Source: Pirellulales bacterium (GTDB lineage: Bacteria; Planctomycetota; Planctomycetia; Pirellulales; PALSA-1355). From it: a DNA stretch of 64,000 nucleotides. Where the stretch lies: assembly GCA_963733035.1 (NCBI GenBank), contig CAVTBU010000008.1, forward strand, positions 416,001 to 480,000, in the 5' to 3' direction. Within the stretch, counting starts at the first letter, position 1. Each line of letters begins with the position of its first letter. The notes below the pieces were generated by a model. The model was not told the origin of the DNA. It made no database searches and saw only the letters and a program-made list of their open reading frames with translations. The position numbers and the translations under genes are program-made. Positions 30,194 through 40,343 of the stretch are shown here, one piece after another.

Positions 30194-31306
30194 TCACGAC
30201 AGTCGGCCGGAAGCTTCGATCGGCCAGACGTCCACGACGCGGCCGTCTTCATGAACCACGATTTCGCGATGGAGGTTGCAGGTGGTGCAGGCATGGGTAG
30301 GAATCAATTGCAACAGTTCGCCGATTTTCCAATCGGGGGCGTTCCGCACGACGGCGTGTTCCTCGGAGAGGAAGTTCTTGATCTCCACTTCCGGGTAGTC
30401 GCGGATGCCCGGCGAGCCGAACTCGCAACCGGCCCCCTTAATGCCAATGTCGAGCACGGCTTTGTCCGGGGCAGGGCGGCTAATGACGCGAACCTGCACC
30501 GAAAGAGCAATTTCGAACTCCGGGGCCAGTCGCTTATATTGGCGGTCCATCGTCGCGTAGGTACCGGCCTGAATCTCGTCGATGCCTTCCATCGTGCCCG
30601 TGGCGTCGTAAGTGGCGCTCGAGCATCCGCTCACGCAATTGACGAGGATGCCGGCGGCTTCGATCATGCGACGCGTATCGATCGCCTGCTGCATGGCCGC
30701 TCGCGCACGCTCGCCGCGTTCGGCGCGATCGAGCACATTGACCAGATGCCCCTCGTACGCCTGCAAGCCTTCGAAGGCGACCCCCGGCAGATTGACCAAC
30801 TGTCGTGCCAGACGGAGAGCCGGCTCGCCCGGCGCGACGCCACAACGGCCCATGCCAATATCGACTTCGATCAACAGGTGCACGACCGATCCGGCGGCCG
30901 TCGCCGCGTTGGAGATCGCAACGGCTTGTTCAATGTGGTCGACCGCGACCGTGATACGACCCTGACCGGCCAGGCGGGCGAGCCGGGTTACTTTTGGCGC
31001 GCCAACAACCTGGTTGGCGATCAACACGTTTTCGATGCCATGCTCGACAAGGATCTCGGCTTCACTCAGTTTGGCACAGGTCATGCCAACCGCTCCGGCG
31101 GCAAGCTGCCGCTGGGCCAACGTCACGCACTTGTGATTCTTGAAGTGCGGCCTGAGCTGCGCCGGACGTTCTCGAAAGAACTCGGCCAGCCGGGCCAGAT
31201 TCCGGTCGCTGGCGGCGCGATCAAGCAGCAGCGTCGGGGTGTCGATTTCGGTCAACGGCTGACCGACTCTTGGATCGGCTGCCGCCTGGGAGACCTTTGC
31301 GGCCAT
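30194..31306 (-). CDS. DSD1 / D-threonine aldolase-like fold-type III PLP enzyme
   Basis: IDTPTLLLD, LRPHFKNHKC (PLP Lys), EVDIGMGRCGV, LQAYEGH, SEEHA and IPTHACTTCNLH (metal ligands). Confidence 0.9.
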   Translation of the reverse strand: MAAKVSQAAADPRVGQPLTEIDTPTLLLDRAASDRNLARLAEFFRERPAQLRPHFKNHKCVTLAQRQLAAGAVGMTCAKLSEAEILVEHGIENVLIANQVVGAPKVTRLARLAGQGRITVAVDHIEQAVAISNAATAAGSVVHLLIEVDIGMGRCGVAPGEPALRLARQLVNLPGVAFEGLQAYEGHLVNVLDRAERGERARAAMQQAIDTRRMIEAAGILVNCVSGCSSATYDATGTMEGIDEIQAGTYATMDRQYKRLAPEFEIALSVQVRVISRPAPDKAVLDIGIKGAGCEFGSPGIRDYPEVEIKNFLSEEHAVVRNAPDWKIGELLQLIPTHACTTCNLHREIVVHEDGRVVDVWPIEASGRLS

Positions 31307-31483
31307 GACCGTTTCTCATTCGTGGTGAAGGTGTGTGGAAAACATGGCGGTCGACGACCGACGCTCTATCTTATGCTAACCGCACTGGCCCCGAGGCACC
31401 ATCCAATCGGCAGGGCAGTTCGACCTTTGAAAGTCGAACGGGGATTGATTCGCCAACCAGGCGACTTCGAGCACGCTGCCAGA

Positions 31484-32437
31484 TTAGTGACTGGCCGTGT
31501 CGTAGCGCATGATCAAGATAGTCGACGACAGCACAATGGCCGCTCCCACGAGTGCCAGGGGTTGCAGCGACTCGCCGAGAATCGTCACGGCAAAAAACAC
31601 GCCGAACACCGGCACCAGGTAGAGCGAAGCCGAGGCCACGGTAACGCTCAAATGTTCGAGAACATAGAAGAACAGCAACATCGAAGCGCCATACATAAAC
31701 ACGGCCAGAAACCCGAACGCCAGCCATGCCGGCCCATCCATTGCGCGCAACGAACTAAAATCAAACGGTTCGACCCAGATCAACAGCGGTAGACTTGCCA
31801 ACGACGCCATGATGTAGCTGAAAATCAGGATCTCCACTTCACCAAAGCGTTCCAAGAGGCCCTTGCAAAACACGTTGTAAAAGGAGGATCCAAAACAGCC
31901 GACCAGGATCAGCAGGTTGCCAATCAAGTAGTCGCTTCGCAACAGTGCCGCCTGTTTCAGGTCTCCCGTCGACATCAACATCACACCAGCCAGCCCAATC
32001 ACCAGGCAAGCAATGCGGAGCCGCGAAAGACGCTCGTGCAGCATCACGGTTGCCAACATTGCCGTAATGACGGGGATCAGCAGATTCAAGATGGCACCGT
32101 TGGAGGCCAGCGAGCGGTGTATCCCAGAGGTCATTCCCAGTTGCGCGAGCACCTGCCCCAGCACGCCGGCCAGCGCGAATCGCCACCAATCGTTCCACGT
32201 CGGCCGCACACTGTTCGGGTTGCGACGCCGTTGCCAGATGAGGATCGGCACGAGCAACAGCGTGGTGATGTAAAACGGCAAAAACGTGATCGCGATCGGC
32301 GGCCAATCGCGGGCTTCCAGCACTTTGACCGCGGTTCCCTGACCGGCCCAAATCAAGTTCGCCGCCGCCAGGATGAACAAGTACCACAGTCCGATGACTC
32401 GGCGCGGAACGACGGCGGCTTCCGTGGAGTGATCCAT
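31484..32437 (-). CDS. DMT/EamA family transporter
   Basis: About 10 TM helices in two repeats, with ANLIWA, MLHERL and LVPVFGV..ILGE. Confidence 0.9.
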   Translation of the reverse strand: MDHSTEAAVVPRRVIGLWYLFILAAANLIWAGQGTAVKVLEARDWPPIAITFLPFYITTLLLVPILIWQRRRNPNSVRPTWNDWWRFALAGVLGQVLAQLGMTSGIHRSLASNGAILNLLIPVITAMLATVMLHERLSRLRIACLVIGLAGVMLMSTGDLKQAALLRSDYLIGNLLILVGCFGSSFYNVFCKGLLERFGEVEILIFSYIMASLASLPLLIWVEPFDFSSLRAMDGPAWLAFGFLAVFMYGASMLLFFYVLEHLSVTVASASLYLVPVFGVFFAVTILGESLQPLALVGAAIVLSSTILIMRYDTASH

Positions 32438-32441
32438 CGAC

Positions 32442-33839
32442 TCAAGGCTCCAGAGTAGCGATGCCAAAGCGGTCGGCGCCCATCGAGCTGCCCCGAAAGA
32501 CATACGGCGCAACGCCGGTTTCGGCCCGATACTGCTCGACGATTTCGGACAGCGCGTCGTCGGCGCCTGCGCGGCCCAGCACCGCGACGGTGCCGCCCCC
32601 GCCGCCGCCGGTAACCTTGGCGCCAAAAATTCCTCGCTGAGGACCTTGCCGGCGTGCCAGCTCGACGAGCAAATCGGTCTCTTGGCAACCGAGGCCGGTG
32701 TCGGTGTAGGCCCAATGCGACTGATGCATCAGTTCCCCCATCAGCATCGCGCCCTCCAAGTTTTCGCCCGCCCCCAGCCCACGCAACAGCTCGACGAACA
32801 GTTGCACGCGGTAGTTCTCCTCCACTGCGTAACGCGTGCATGCGCGAACGCGATAGACTACATCCGGACGGGCCTGCGTATAGGGATCGACGTGAATACC
32901 GGCGGCGTTCAGATACTCCTGGCCGGACATCGCGGTTGGCAGCTCGTTCTCGAAGGTACGAAAAACCGAGGGCGACATGTTGGCGAGATAGCCGTTCCAG
33001 CGCGGATCGGTCCACCGAGCAATCGACGACGATGCATCGAGCGTGACCGGCAGCCCCTCACGATCGCAGATCAGCTTGTAGCCCATGAAACCAGCGGCCC
33101 GGGCGGCTTCGTATTCGATTCCGCTGACCTGATGGCTCACACCCGAGTCGATCCCCCAATAAGTCAGTCCGGCAGGCAGATGCACCAAAGGCAACGGATT
33201 GCATGGCTGGCAGACCAGCGGTAAGACGCAACCTTCGTCGCCGGAGATCACGGCGATTTGATCCATGATTCCGCACGCACTTTGGGCGATGACGTTTTCA
33301 GCCCATTGGCAGGCCTGAGCGAGTGCCACGCCGGCCAAATCGACGCCATAGGCATGGGCGGCGGCCTTCATCACGGCCACTTCCACCGCAGCCGAAGAAC
33401 TGACTCCCTTATTCAGTGGAACGTCTGATTGCACCAAGACGTTCATGCCCCGTTCTACCTGCTCTGGATGGTGTTGCTTGAGCCAGTAGAACAAGCCGAG
33501 CACGTAAGCCGTCCAGCGCACGCTTTCGTCGCCGCCGACCAGCCGACGCACCGTGTCCTCATCGGTCAGCTCGTCGAGCGTAAACGTGACGCGGTCTCGC
33601 CAGCCCAGAGCAGCCATTTGCGGATTGGAAAGCACAATGGTGCGATCTTGGCGCTGCTGAGCGGCGGCCCAGGTCGCTTCGCGAATCGTGGCTTCAAAGA
33701 CCAACCCGCCCGTGTAATCGTCGTTGCCGCCCATCAGGTCCAGGCGACCGGGCGAACGGGCAATGTGAATGGGTTGCTCGCGGTCAAACAACTCGCCACG
33801 CTGGCGCATTGCGCGTGCGGCGGAGACGAATTCGGTCAT
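32442..33839 (-). CDS. GHMP-family sugar-1-kinase resembling the plant L-arabinokinase (ARA1) kinase domain
   Basis: SPGRLDLMGG.DDY, VPLNKGVSSSAAVEVA, CGIMDQ, WGIDSG, ENYRV, GAKVTGGGGGGTV and GSSMGA..FG. ATGA overlap with the upstream gene. Confidence 0.88.
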   Translation of the reverse strand: MTEFVSAARAMRQRGELFDREQPIHIARSPGRLDLMGGNDDYTGGLVFEATIREATWAAAQQRQDRTIVLSNPQMAALGWRDRVTFTLDELTDEDTVRRLVGGDESVRWTAYVLGLFYWLKQHHPEQVERGMNVLVQSDVPLNKGVSSSAAVEVAVMKAAAHAYGVDLAGVALAQACQWAENVIAQSACGIMDQIAVISGDEGCVLPLVCQPCNPLPLVHLPAGLTYWGIDSGVSHQVSGIEYEAARAAGFMGYKLICDREGLPVTLDASSSIARWTDPRWNGYLANMSPSVFRTFENELPTAMSGQEYLNAAGIHVDPYTQARPDVVYRVRACTRYAVEENYRVQLFVELLRGLGAGENLEGAMLMGELMHQSHWAYTDTGLGCQETDLLVELARRQGPQRGIFGAKVTGGGGGGTVAVLGRAGADDALSEIVEQYRAETGVAPYVFRGSSMGADRFGIATLEP

Positions 33840-35026
33840 GCCAGCCCCTCGATGCTCGAAAGCAGGTAATCGACGGCCTCGTCGGAGAGACGAGGGTGAA
33901 TCGGCAGGCTGACGTACTGATGAAACAGGGCTTCGCAACGCGGACATTCGCCTTCACCGTGGCCCAACTTGCGGTAGGCCGTGGTCAAATGAATGGGCAT
34001 GTAGTGCGACCAGACCTTGATCTGATAGCGGGTATAGAGTTCCCACATGAAGTCTTCCTTGCTCAGGGGAAACTCCGGTTCGACGAGCACGCAAAATACG
34101 TGATAAACGTGGCTGTTTTCTGGAGCCACGTGGGGCATGGTTAATCCGCGGACCTGGGACAGACGCCGGCGATAGGCATCGGCTATCTGCTGCCGGCGCT
34201 GGTTGAAGCCATCCAGCTTAGCCAACTGCACCAGGCCGACGGCAGCCTGAACATCGGTCATGCGAAAGTTATAGCCCACGTCATCAAAATCAAGCAGCCA
34301 GTAGCGTTTGCCCATCGGCTGGGCCGCTTCGTCGATGGGAAGGTACTTGCCTTTGGGGTCGTAAGTGCGGCAACAGAGCGACCGGTACGAGATCAAGCGC
34401 TCGTGCAGCTGGGGATCGTCGGTGGTGACCATGCCGCCTTCGCCCAACGTGACCATGTTCTTCTGTTGATGAAAGCTAAAGACGCCGATATCGCCCAGCG
34501 TGCCGGCTTTGCGTCCACGGTAGGTTGCCCCGGCCGTATGGGCGCAGTCCTCGACGATCCGAATGCCGCGCGGCCGAGCCAAGTCCGCGAGCGCGTCCAT
34601 GTCGGCGCACTGGCCGTACAGGTGCACCGGCAGAATCGCCTTGGTGCGAGGCGTGATTTTTCTAGCCACATCGACTGGATCGAGGTTGAAAGTACGAGGG
34701 TCGATGTCGGCAAAGACAACTCGAGCGCCGCGGGCGGCAATGGCGTTGGCCGTCGATATCCAACTGAGCGGCGTCGTAATGACCTCGTCACCCGGCCCGA
34801 CGCCGCAGGCGATCATGGCCAGTTCGAGGCCGGCGGTGGCGGAGGTCACGGCGAGCCCGAATTTCGTCCCGCAGTACCTAGCAAATGCGTCTTCGAATGC
34901 CTTGACCTTCGGCCCGCACGAGGGGGCCGAGGCCTCGAGCACCTCCAGCAGCGCCGCTCGCTCTTCCTCGCCGTAGCTCGATCCATGATTGAACTCGAGC
35001 TCGTAAAGTGCCTTAGGCAGTTGCAT
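33836..35026 (-). CDS. DegT/DnrJ/EryC1/StrS family sugar aminotransferase
   Basis: SATAGL, VGPGDEVIT, PVHLYG, EDCAH, FSFHQQKN..GEGG (PLP Lys), GYNFRM and SLPIHP. Confidence 0.93.
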   Translation of the reverse strand: MQLPKALYELEFNHGSSYGEEERAALLEVLEASAPSCGPKVKAFEDAFARYCGTKFGLAVTSATAGLELAMIACGVGPGDEVITTPLSWISTANAIAARGARVVFADIDPRTFNLDPVDVARKITPRTKAILPVHLYGQCADMDALADLARPRGIRIVEDCAHTAGATYRGRKAGTLGDIGVFSFHQQKNMVTLGEGGMVTTDDPQLHERLISYRSLCCRTYDPKGKYLPIDEAAQPMGKRYWLLDFDDVGYNFRMTDVQAAVGLVQLAKLDGFNQRRQQIADAYRRRLSQVRGLTMPHVAPENSHVYHVFCVLVEPEFPLSKEDFMWELYTRYQIKVWSHYMPIHLTTAYRKLGHGEGECPRCEALFHQYVSLPIHPRLSDEAVDYLLSSIEGLA

Positions 35027-35903
35027 CAATGGCCCTTTCGATCACTTGTTGGCAGGTGGGAAGCGGCGTACGGCAAACCGTGCGCAGTCGATCGGTCGCC
35101 AGAAAATCATCGCGTCCGCGTGGTGCTCGCCCGGGCACCGCGGAGTCTTGCGGCACAATCAACGATGGCTCCGCGCCCAGCCGGGTGGCGATGGCCCGCG
35201 CCAGTTCGTAGCGCGACATTTTGTCGCTTGCGCCGACGTGAAAAATGCCCCTTGCGTCGGGGTTGGAGCTTAGCTCGAGCAAATACGCGCACAGGGTGCC
35301 GACGTCGATCGGATTGCGAAACTCGTACGTGGGAGAAACGATCTGGTTTCCGGCCTGCAAATTGGCCGTTACTTTCTCGAGATACGAATTACCTCGCCCC
35401 AGAGCGCTACGCCCTAAAACCAGCGACAGTCGCACGATCGTGGCTGAAGGGAGCAACTCGGCAACAGCTTTCTCTGCCCGGGCTTTGGTCTGTCCGTACC
35501 AGTTGGGCGGCGTCGGCGGGTCCTCTTCGTGATAAATTCCCTTGGTGCCATCGAAGACGGCGTCGGTCGATGTGAACAGCATTCGTGCGCCACTTCGGGC
35601 GCAGCATTCCGCCACATGGATCGTGCCTTGCAGGTTGATCCGCTCGGCCAGGTCTCGCTCGCGCTCACAACGGTCGATGTCGGACAGCGCGGCCAAATGG
35701 GTGACGAATTGGGGCCGAACACGATCAAAGGCCTCTAGAACGCTGGGCCGGTCGGTGATGTCGATGGCTAGCGACCGATCCGCCTCGCCGGCGATTCGCG
35801 AGCCGCGCCAAACTTCGAAATGTGGCTCGGCGGCCAGCGTCCAGCGCGAGCCAACAAACCCGGTCGCTCCGACAATTAACAGCCGCGGTCTTGTGTTCGG
35901 CAT
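35013..35903 (-). CDS. Extended SDR, RmlD-like (dTDP-4-dehydrorhamnose reductase family)
   Basis: GATGFVG, STDAVFDG, YGQTK (YxxxK) and APRGRD. Confidence 0.9.
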   Translation of the reverse strand: MPNTRPRLLIVGATGFVGSRWTLAAEPHFEVWRGSRIAGEADRSLAIDITDRPSVLEAFDRVRPQFVTHLAALSDIDRCERERDLAERINLQGTIHVAECCARSGARMLFTSTDAVFDGTKGIYHEEDPPTPPNWYGQTKARAEKAVAELLPSATIVRLSLVLGRSALGRGNSYLEKVTANLQAGNQIVSPTYEFRNPIDVGTLCAYLLELSSNPDARGIFHVGASDKMSRYELARAIATRLGAEPSLIVPQDSAVPGRAPRGRDDFLATDRLRTVCRTPLPTCQQVIERAIDATA

Positions 35904-35921
35904 GGAATGATCAACCACCGC

Positions 35922-37497
35922 TCAAGGCATCTTCCGCTCGGCCGCCACAAGTTCCATCGTGCGCCACAAACGTAGCGGATGGTCTGTTTGCACCAGGTCG
36001 ATGCCCCACTCGATGGCCTGGCGATAACCCTGCACATCGACAAAAAAAGGGGCGTCCGAGAACACCTGAATCCCGTGAGCGTGGCAGTGTTCGATATACG
36101 ACTTCGATAACACGCGCCACGGCGTATCGACGGCGTACGGCTTAAGCGTCGTGGCCAGCGCATCGACTTGTGCAAGCGACCCCGCGCCTGGCATCGCACG
36201 AATGCGCGAGTCGATCTGCTTGAGTTTCGCGAGATAACCGGCGCCCTGATAGACAACCGTTCGCTCGGCCAGCCCGTGTTTCTCAAGCGCGGCGGCCAGC
36301 GCTGCGGGCGGAATATCCTTGGCGTCAAAATACAAGTTGACGTCCTTGGGAACGGCGGCCAAAAACTGTTCCAAGGTGGGCACATGCGCGCCTTCGAACC
36401 GACGACCAAACCAACTGCCGGCATCGAGCCCGGCGACGGTCGCGCTGGTCGCCTCACGGATCGGCCCCTTGCCCGTTGTCGTGCGATCAAGTTTGCCGTC
36501 GTGCAGCAGAAAGTATTCGCCGTCTCGCGACGGCCGAACGTCAAACTCGACGTAGTCGGCGTGGAGACGATAGGCCTTTTCGAACGCTGCCAGCGTGTTC
36601 TCCGGTGCATAGCGCGAAGCCCCACGATGACACGCGAACTTCACGGGACGCGGCTGCAATGCTCGATCGAGCAGGTGGGCCACGACTTCCTCGGGCACAT
36701 CGCTCAAGAGAAAATCCTGCGCCCGCCGAAGTGGCCTTGTCCCAAAAACTCGGCCCGTCCTGCTTGCCGGTTGCGTCAGCAAACACCTTGATTCCTCGAG
36801 CCCGCAACGAGGCGGCAATTGCCGGTGTGACATCCTCGGCGTGAAGTGCCACCGCCGCCGGCTGCAATTCGTCGAGCAGCGTGGCACAATCATCGGTCGG
36901 CCGACCTTGTTTGTCGAAATCGTTTGCGGAAACGTCGTTTGGCATGACTGCCAGGGTGCGCTTGGCAACGTCGCGTACGCCCCGCAGAGTGTCTTTGTCG
37001 CCCAAGACAAGGACTTGGCGCTCCATTCCGGCAGCCTTGATGGTCGCCACGAGTGCGTCGGCGGCGACGTCTTTACAGTCGAGGCATAGGTTGATCTTGT
37101 CTTTCGCGAGCGCCAGGCACTCGTCGAGCGAGAGCATCCGTGTTCCGCGAAAGCGTTTGGCAAACCAGCTTCCAGCGTCGAGTTTTTGGAGCTGCTCGAG
37201 CGTGTGATCTGCGACGACGCCTGCGCCATCCGTTTTGATATCCAGACGCTCGTCGGCGAACAGGACGTGATGGCCATCTTTTGTACGACGAACATCGACT
37301 TCGACCCACTCGACGCCGTCGTCGATGCACAATCCGATCGCCCGCTTGGTATTCTCGGGCGCCAGATGGGCCAGGCCGCGGTGGGCCACGACTGCGATGC
37401 TGCGCGGTGGCACAAGGGGCTGGAAGAAATCAATCGCCGGCTCTGCCATGGCCAAGGAACAGACGAGGCAAGCCAATCCTGCTGCAAACGGTTTCAT
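35922..37497 (-). CDS. Secreted tandem glycerophosphodiester phosphodiesterase (two GDPD domains); probable 1-nt insertion near 36716
   Basis: Signal peptide + AHRG..APENT..EVDV in one frame, and DFLLSD..CHRGASRYAPENT..EFDV..LHD..QTDHP in the next. The frames join as ..SAGA-DFLL after removing one G. Confidence 0.88.
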
Positions 37498-37703
37498 AGG
37501 CTGGGGATCGAGGGAAAAGCGGATACCGGAGGAAAGCAACCGGCGGTTTGTGCGAGACCCTGAAGATAACACAGCCGCGAGACGACGTCTATTCACTGTC
37601 TCGCGACGCGTACTGCCGACTGCAAATCAGCGGAATTTGTGTCCCGCGTCGCGGTCGCACGAGCCGGATGCCATAGCTTACGAAAGTTGCGCCGCGGGCA
37701 ACA

Positions 37704-40295
37704 TCATTTCGTCGAACCTGTCCACTGAAGAGCAGCGGCGGCCAGGCGTCCGAGATCGCTTGTCGGGCCCTGTGCTGCCAGGTCCTTAAGTAGTTGAACT
37801 GCCGCAGGCGTGTCGATTTGGGCGAGCAGTGCCAACGCACGTCGCAATGTCAATTCGCTTTGGACGTCGGGTTCGCCGGCCGCCAATCGCTTTTGCAAGA
37901 TCTGTTGGCGTAGATTCTCTTCGACCATTTCACCTTCGGTTGCGCGGTTGGGATCGACGACGTCCTTGACCGGGCGCAGCTTCTCGCCCAACAAATCGAC
38001 GGCATCGTCGGCCGCGGCAGCCAGTTCCCACATCGCCCGATAGGCCGCCGTGCCGTCGTCGCCAGCCAGATCGTCCCAAAGTGCGGCCGGTGTTTTTCCC
38101 GAGGCCGGCTCAGTCGGCCGCAGGTCCCATTGGTAGCCAACTCCGTCGGCGCCGCCGGTCAGCAGCGATTGGCTATTTCGGCCAAAGTCGACGTGATACA
38201 CGTGGCCCAAATGCTTGCCGACGCTCCAGACCTTGTCGCCGCTGGCTGCGTCGTAGAGGGCGACGTTTCCGTTCATGCTGCCCGTCGCCAGCCACAAACC
38301 GTCCGGAGAAAAGCTCACCGCCCCATAGACGAAACGCCCGTCCACGGCAAACTGGCTTTGCAGTGTCATGCGATCCGCCTGCCAGACATGCACCGTGGCA
38401 TCGAGGTGAGCGGTTGCCAGCAGGCCGCCCTGGGGGGCATAGCAAACCGTGTACATGCGAAGGTCGTTAGCGTCTGGGAAGACGGGCTTCAAGTCGATTT
38501 CTTGCCGTATTTTCCCGCTTTGACCATCCCAAAGTCGCACGGTCGAATCCCAACCGGCCGTGGCCAACTCGCCAGTGGGTCCAAAAGACAGACCATAGAT
38601 GCTTTTGTGGGGGAGTTCGGCAATCTGCTCGCCGGTGGTCAGATCCCAAAGATAGGCAAACGACTGGCGGAACACGCCAGCCGCCAGGCGGCTTCCGTCG
38701 TAGGAAAACTGCAATGCTTCGACCGTTGACTTCGGATCGCGACCGCGCGGCCACTCCCAGCGATGCACAACTTTTCCGGCGGCCATATCCCAGACCGTGA
38801 CCTGATTGTTGCCCCCTTCGCCCCCGCCGCCAGCCAACTGACGGCCGTCCGGCGAGAACGTCAGTTGGGCATAGCGAGTTCCAGGTAGATCAAACTTGCG
38901 CAGTTCGACTCCCCGATCGGCGTCCACGATGCGGATGGCACCCCAACCATCCTGATAGGCTGCGGTGCGGCCGTCGGGTGAGGCAGCCACGACCTCCGAC
39001 CCCCACACACCCTGAGGTAGTTCCATTTGCTTGTGAGCGGCCAGATCCCAACGCCGCACGGCTCCGTCCCATCCCGAGGAGTAAAGCATCTTGCTGTCGG
39101 CCGTGAATGCCAGGGACCAGGGGTACCAAACGTGTCCCTTCATCTCCGTAATTTGTGCGCCATTGAGGGCATCCAAGAGCCGTATCTTGTAGTCCGTGGC
39201 GCATACCCCCACCCAATTGCCATTGGGGCTGAACGCGACGGCTGAGGTGTAGTTTTCATGGGGATCATTAAGTGGGAGCACTTGAGACCAGAGTGGCCGC
39301 GCGGACCGGACGTCGTACATTCGCACGGCGCTGTCGCGCTCGGTGGTTACGATCTGCTTGCCGTCCGGTGAAAAGTCCATGCGAACCAGCCGCGATTTGA
39401 GTGGAATCCGCCGCTGTTGCTGGCCATCTTTCGCGTCGATGATCCGAATGAATTCCGGGTTGTCGCTGGTTACCACGGCCAGGTTGCGTCCATCGGGTGC
39501 AAAACGAACGTACCCATAAGGGCCGCCAAACTGCAGTCGGTCCCGATTCTGGTTTGGCATTTCGTGGGGATGATTTTCGATCTCAAACGCGCTGCCGTCA
39601 TTGCCATGAATCACGAGGATGCCCCCCGCGCTGCCGAGCGCCATCTGTCCGTCGGCCGTGACCTCGATTGAGCGATAGTCTCCCGAGCGCCCGGCAAAAA
39701 AAGCGGCCGGTCCTGCGGCATCATCGCCCCCCCGGTCGATCACCACATCTTGATGGCGGCCGGAGCGGGTCTCCCAAATTATCAGTCCACCGGTTCTTCC
39801 GGGAGTGTAGAACTCCTGGCTGTCGGACGTAAACGCGATGGCGTGGATTCCGTAGGCAGCTCCCGGCAAGCGAAAACCGCAGTCATTTGTCATCGCCTGC
39901 CAGCGCCGTTTGCCGGTGGCTGTGTCCCAGGCGATGACCTCGTCGCCCAATGTGACGAGCGTCTTTTCATCGGGAGACAGGGCCATGTCGTGAACTCCCG
40001 AGGGAGCATGAAACCGAGTCGTGCCGAGCCGAAATCGGGCACCCTCGGGCAGCGGATCACCAAGTGCGTCGTTCTTGGGCTGCGGTGGATTGCCGGCAGC
40101 CGATTGATCGGGGGGATTTTCTGCACCGAGCACGGCTGTTCCGCCTCGTTCAAGCAGGCAGCGCACCAATGGACCAGACGGAGATACCAGGAGAAGGGCG
40201 AAGCCAGCAATGGTGAGGCGAGCCAAGAACCGAAAACGTTGTGAAGATACTCGCGATGGACAGTCACCCGAGACAACCGAATGATTTGTGCGCAA
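37704..40295 (-). CDS. Secreted WD40-repeat beta-propeller protein (planctomycete type)
   Basis: DALGDPLPEGARFRLGT lead-in, many FSPDG/WD repeats, and a C-terminal helical (HEAT-like) domain LWDDLAGDD..AYRAMW. Confidence 0.9.
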   Translation of the reverse strand: MRTNHSVVSGDCPSRVSSQRFRFLARLTIAGFALLLVSPSGPLVRCLLERGGTAVLGAENPPDQSAAGNPPQPKNDALGDPLPEGARFRLGTTRFHAPSGVHDMALSPDEKTLVTLGDEVIAWDTATGKRRWQAMTNDCGFRLPGAAYGIHAIAFTSDSQEFYTPGRTGGLIIWETRSGRHQDVVIDRGGDDAAGPAAFFAGRSGDYRSIEVTADGQMALGSAGGILVIHGNDGSAFEIENHPHEMPNQNRDRLQFGGPYGYVRFAPDGRNLAVVTSDNPEFIRIIDAKDGQQQRRIPLKSRLVRMDFSPDGKQIVTTERDSAVRMYDVRSARPLWSQVLPLNDPHENYTSAVAFSPNGNWVGVCATDYKIRLLDALNGAQITEMKGHVWYPWSLAFTADSKMLYSSGWDGAVRRWDLAAHKQMELPQGVWGSEVVAASPDGRTAAYQDGWGAIRIVDADRGVELRKFDLPGTRYAQLTFSPDGRQLAGGGGEGGNNQVTVWDMAAGKVVHRWEWPRGRDPKSTVEALQFSYDGSRLAAGVFRQSFAYLWDLTTGEQIAELPHKSIYGLSFGPTGELATAGWDSTVRLWDGQSGKIRQEIDLKPVFPDANDLRMYTVCYAPQGGLLATAHLDATVHVWQADRMTLQSQFAVDGRFVYGAVSFSPDGLWLATGSMNGNVALYDAASGDKVWSVGKHLGHVYHVDFGRNSQSLLTGGADGVGYQWDLRPTEPASGKTPAALWDDLAGDDGTAAYRAMWELAAAADDAVDLLGEKLRPVKDVVDPNRATEGEMVEENLRQQILQKRLAAGEPDVQSELTLRRALALLAQIDTPAAVQLLKDLAAQGPTSDLGRLAAAALQWTGSTK

Positions 40296-40343
40296 GACTG
40301 TCCTCCTAGCCGGCGGTCGTGATTGTTATGTGGTCGTGCGCCG

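Noticed and set aside
30101..31792. 563-aa + strand ORF (similarly 34403-35575, 47957-49108, 52146-53204, 54593-55501)
   Set aside because: These lie antisense to well-supported genes and have no domain signatures, so they are treated as shadow ORFs.
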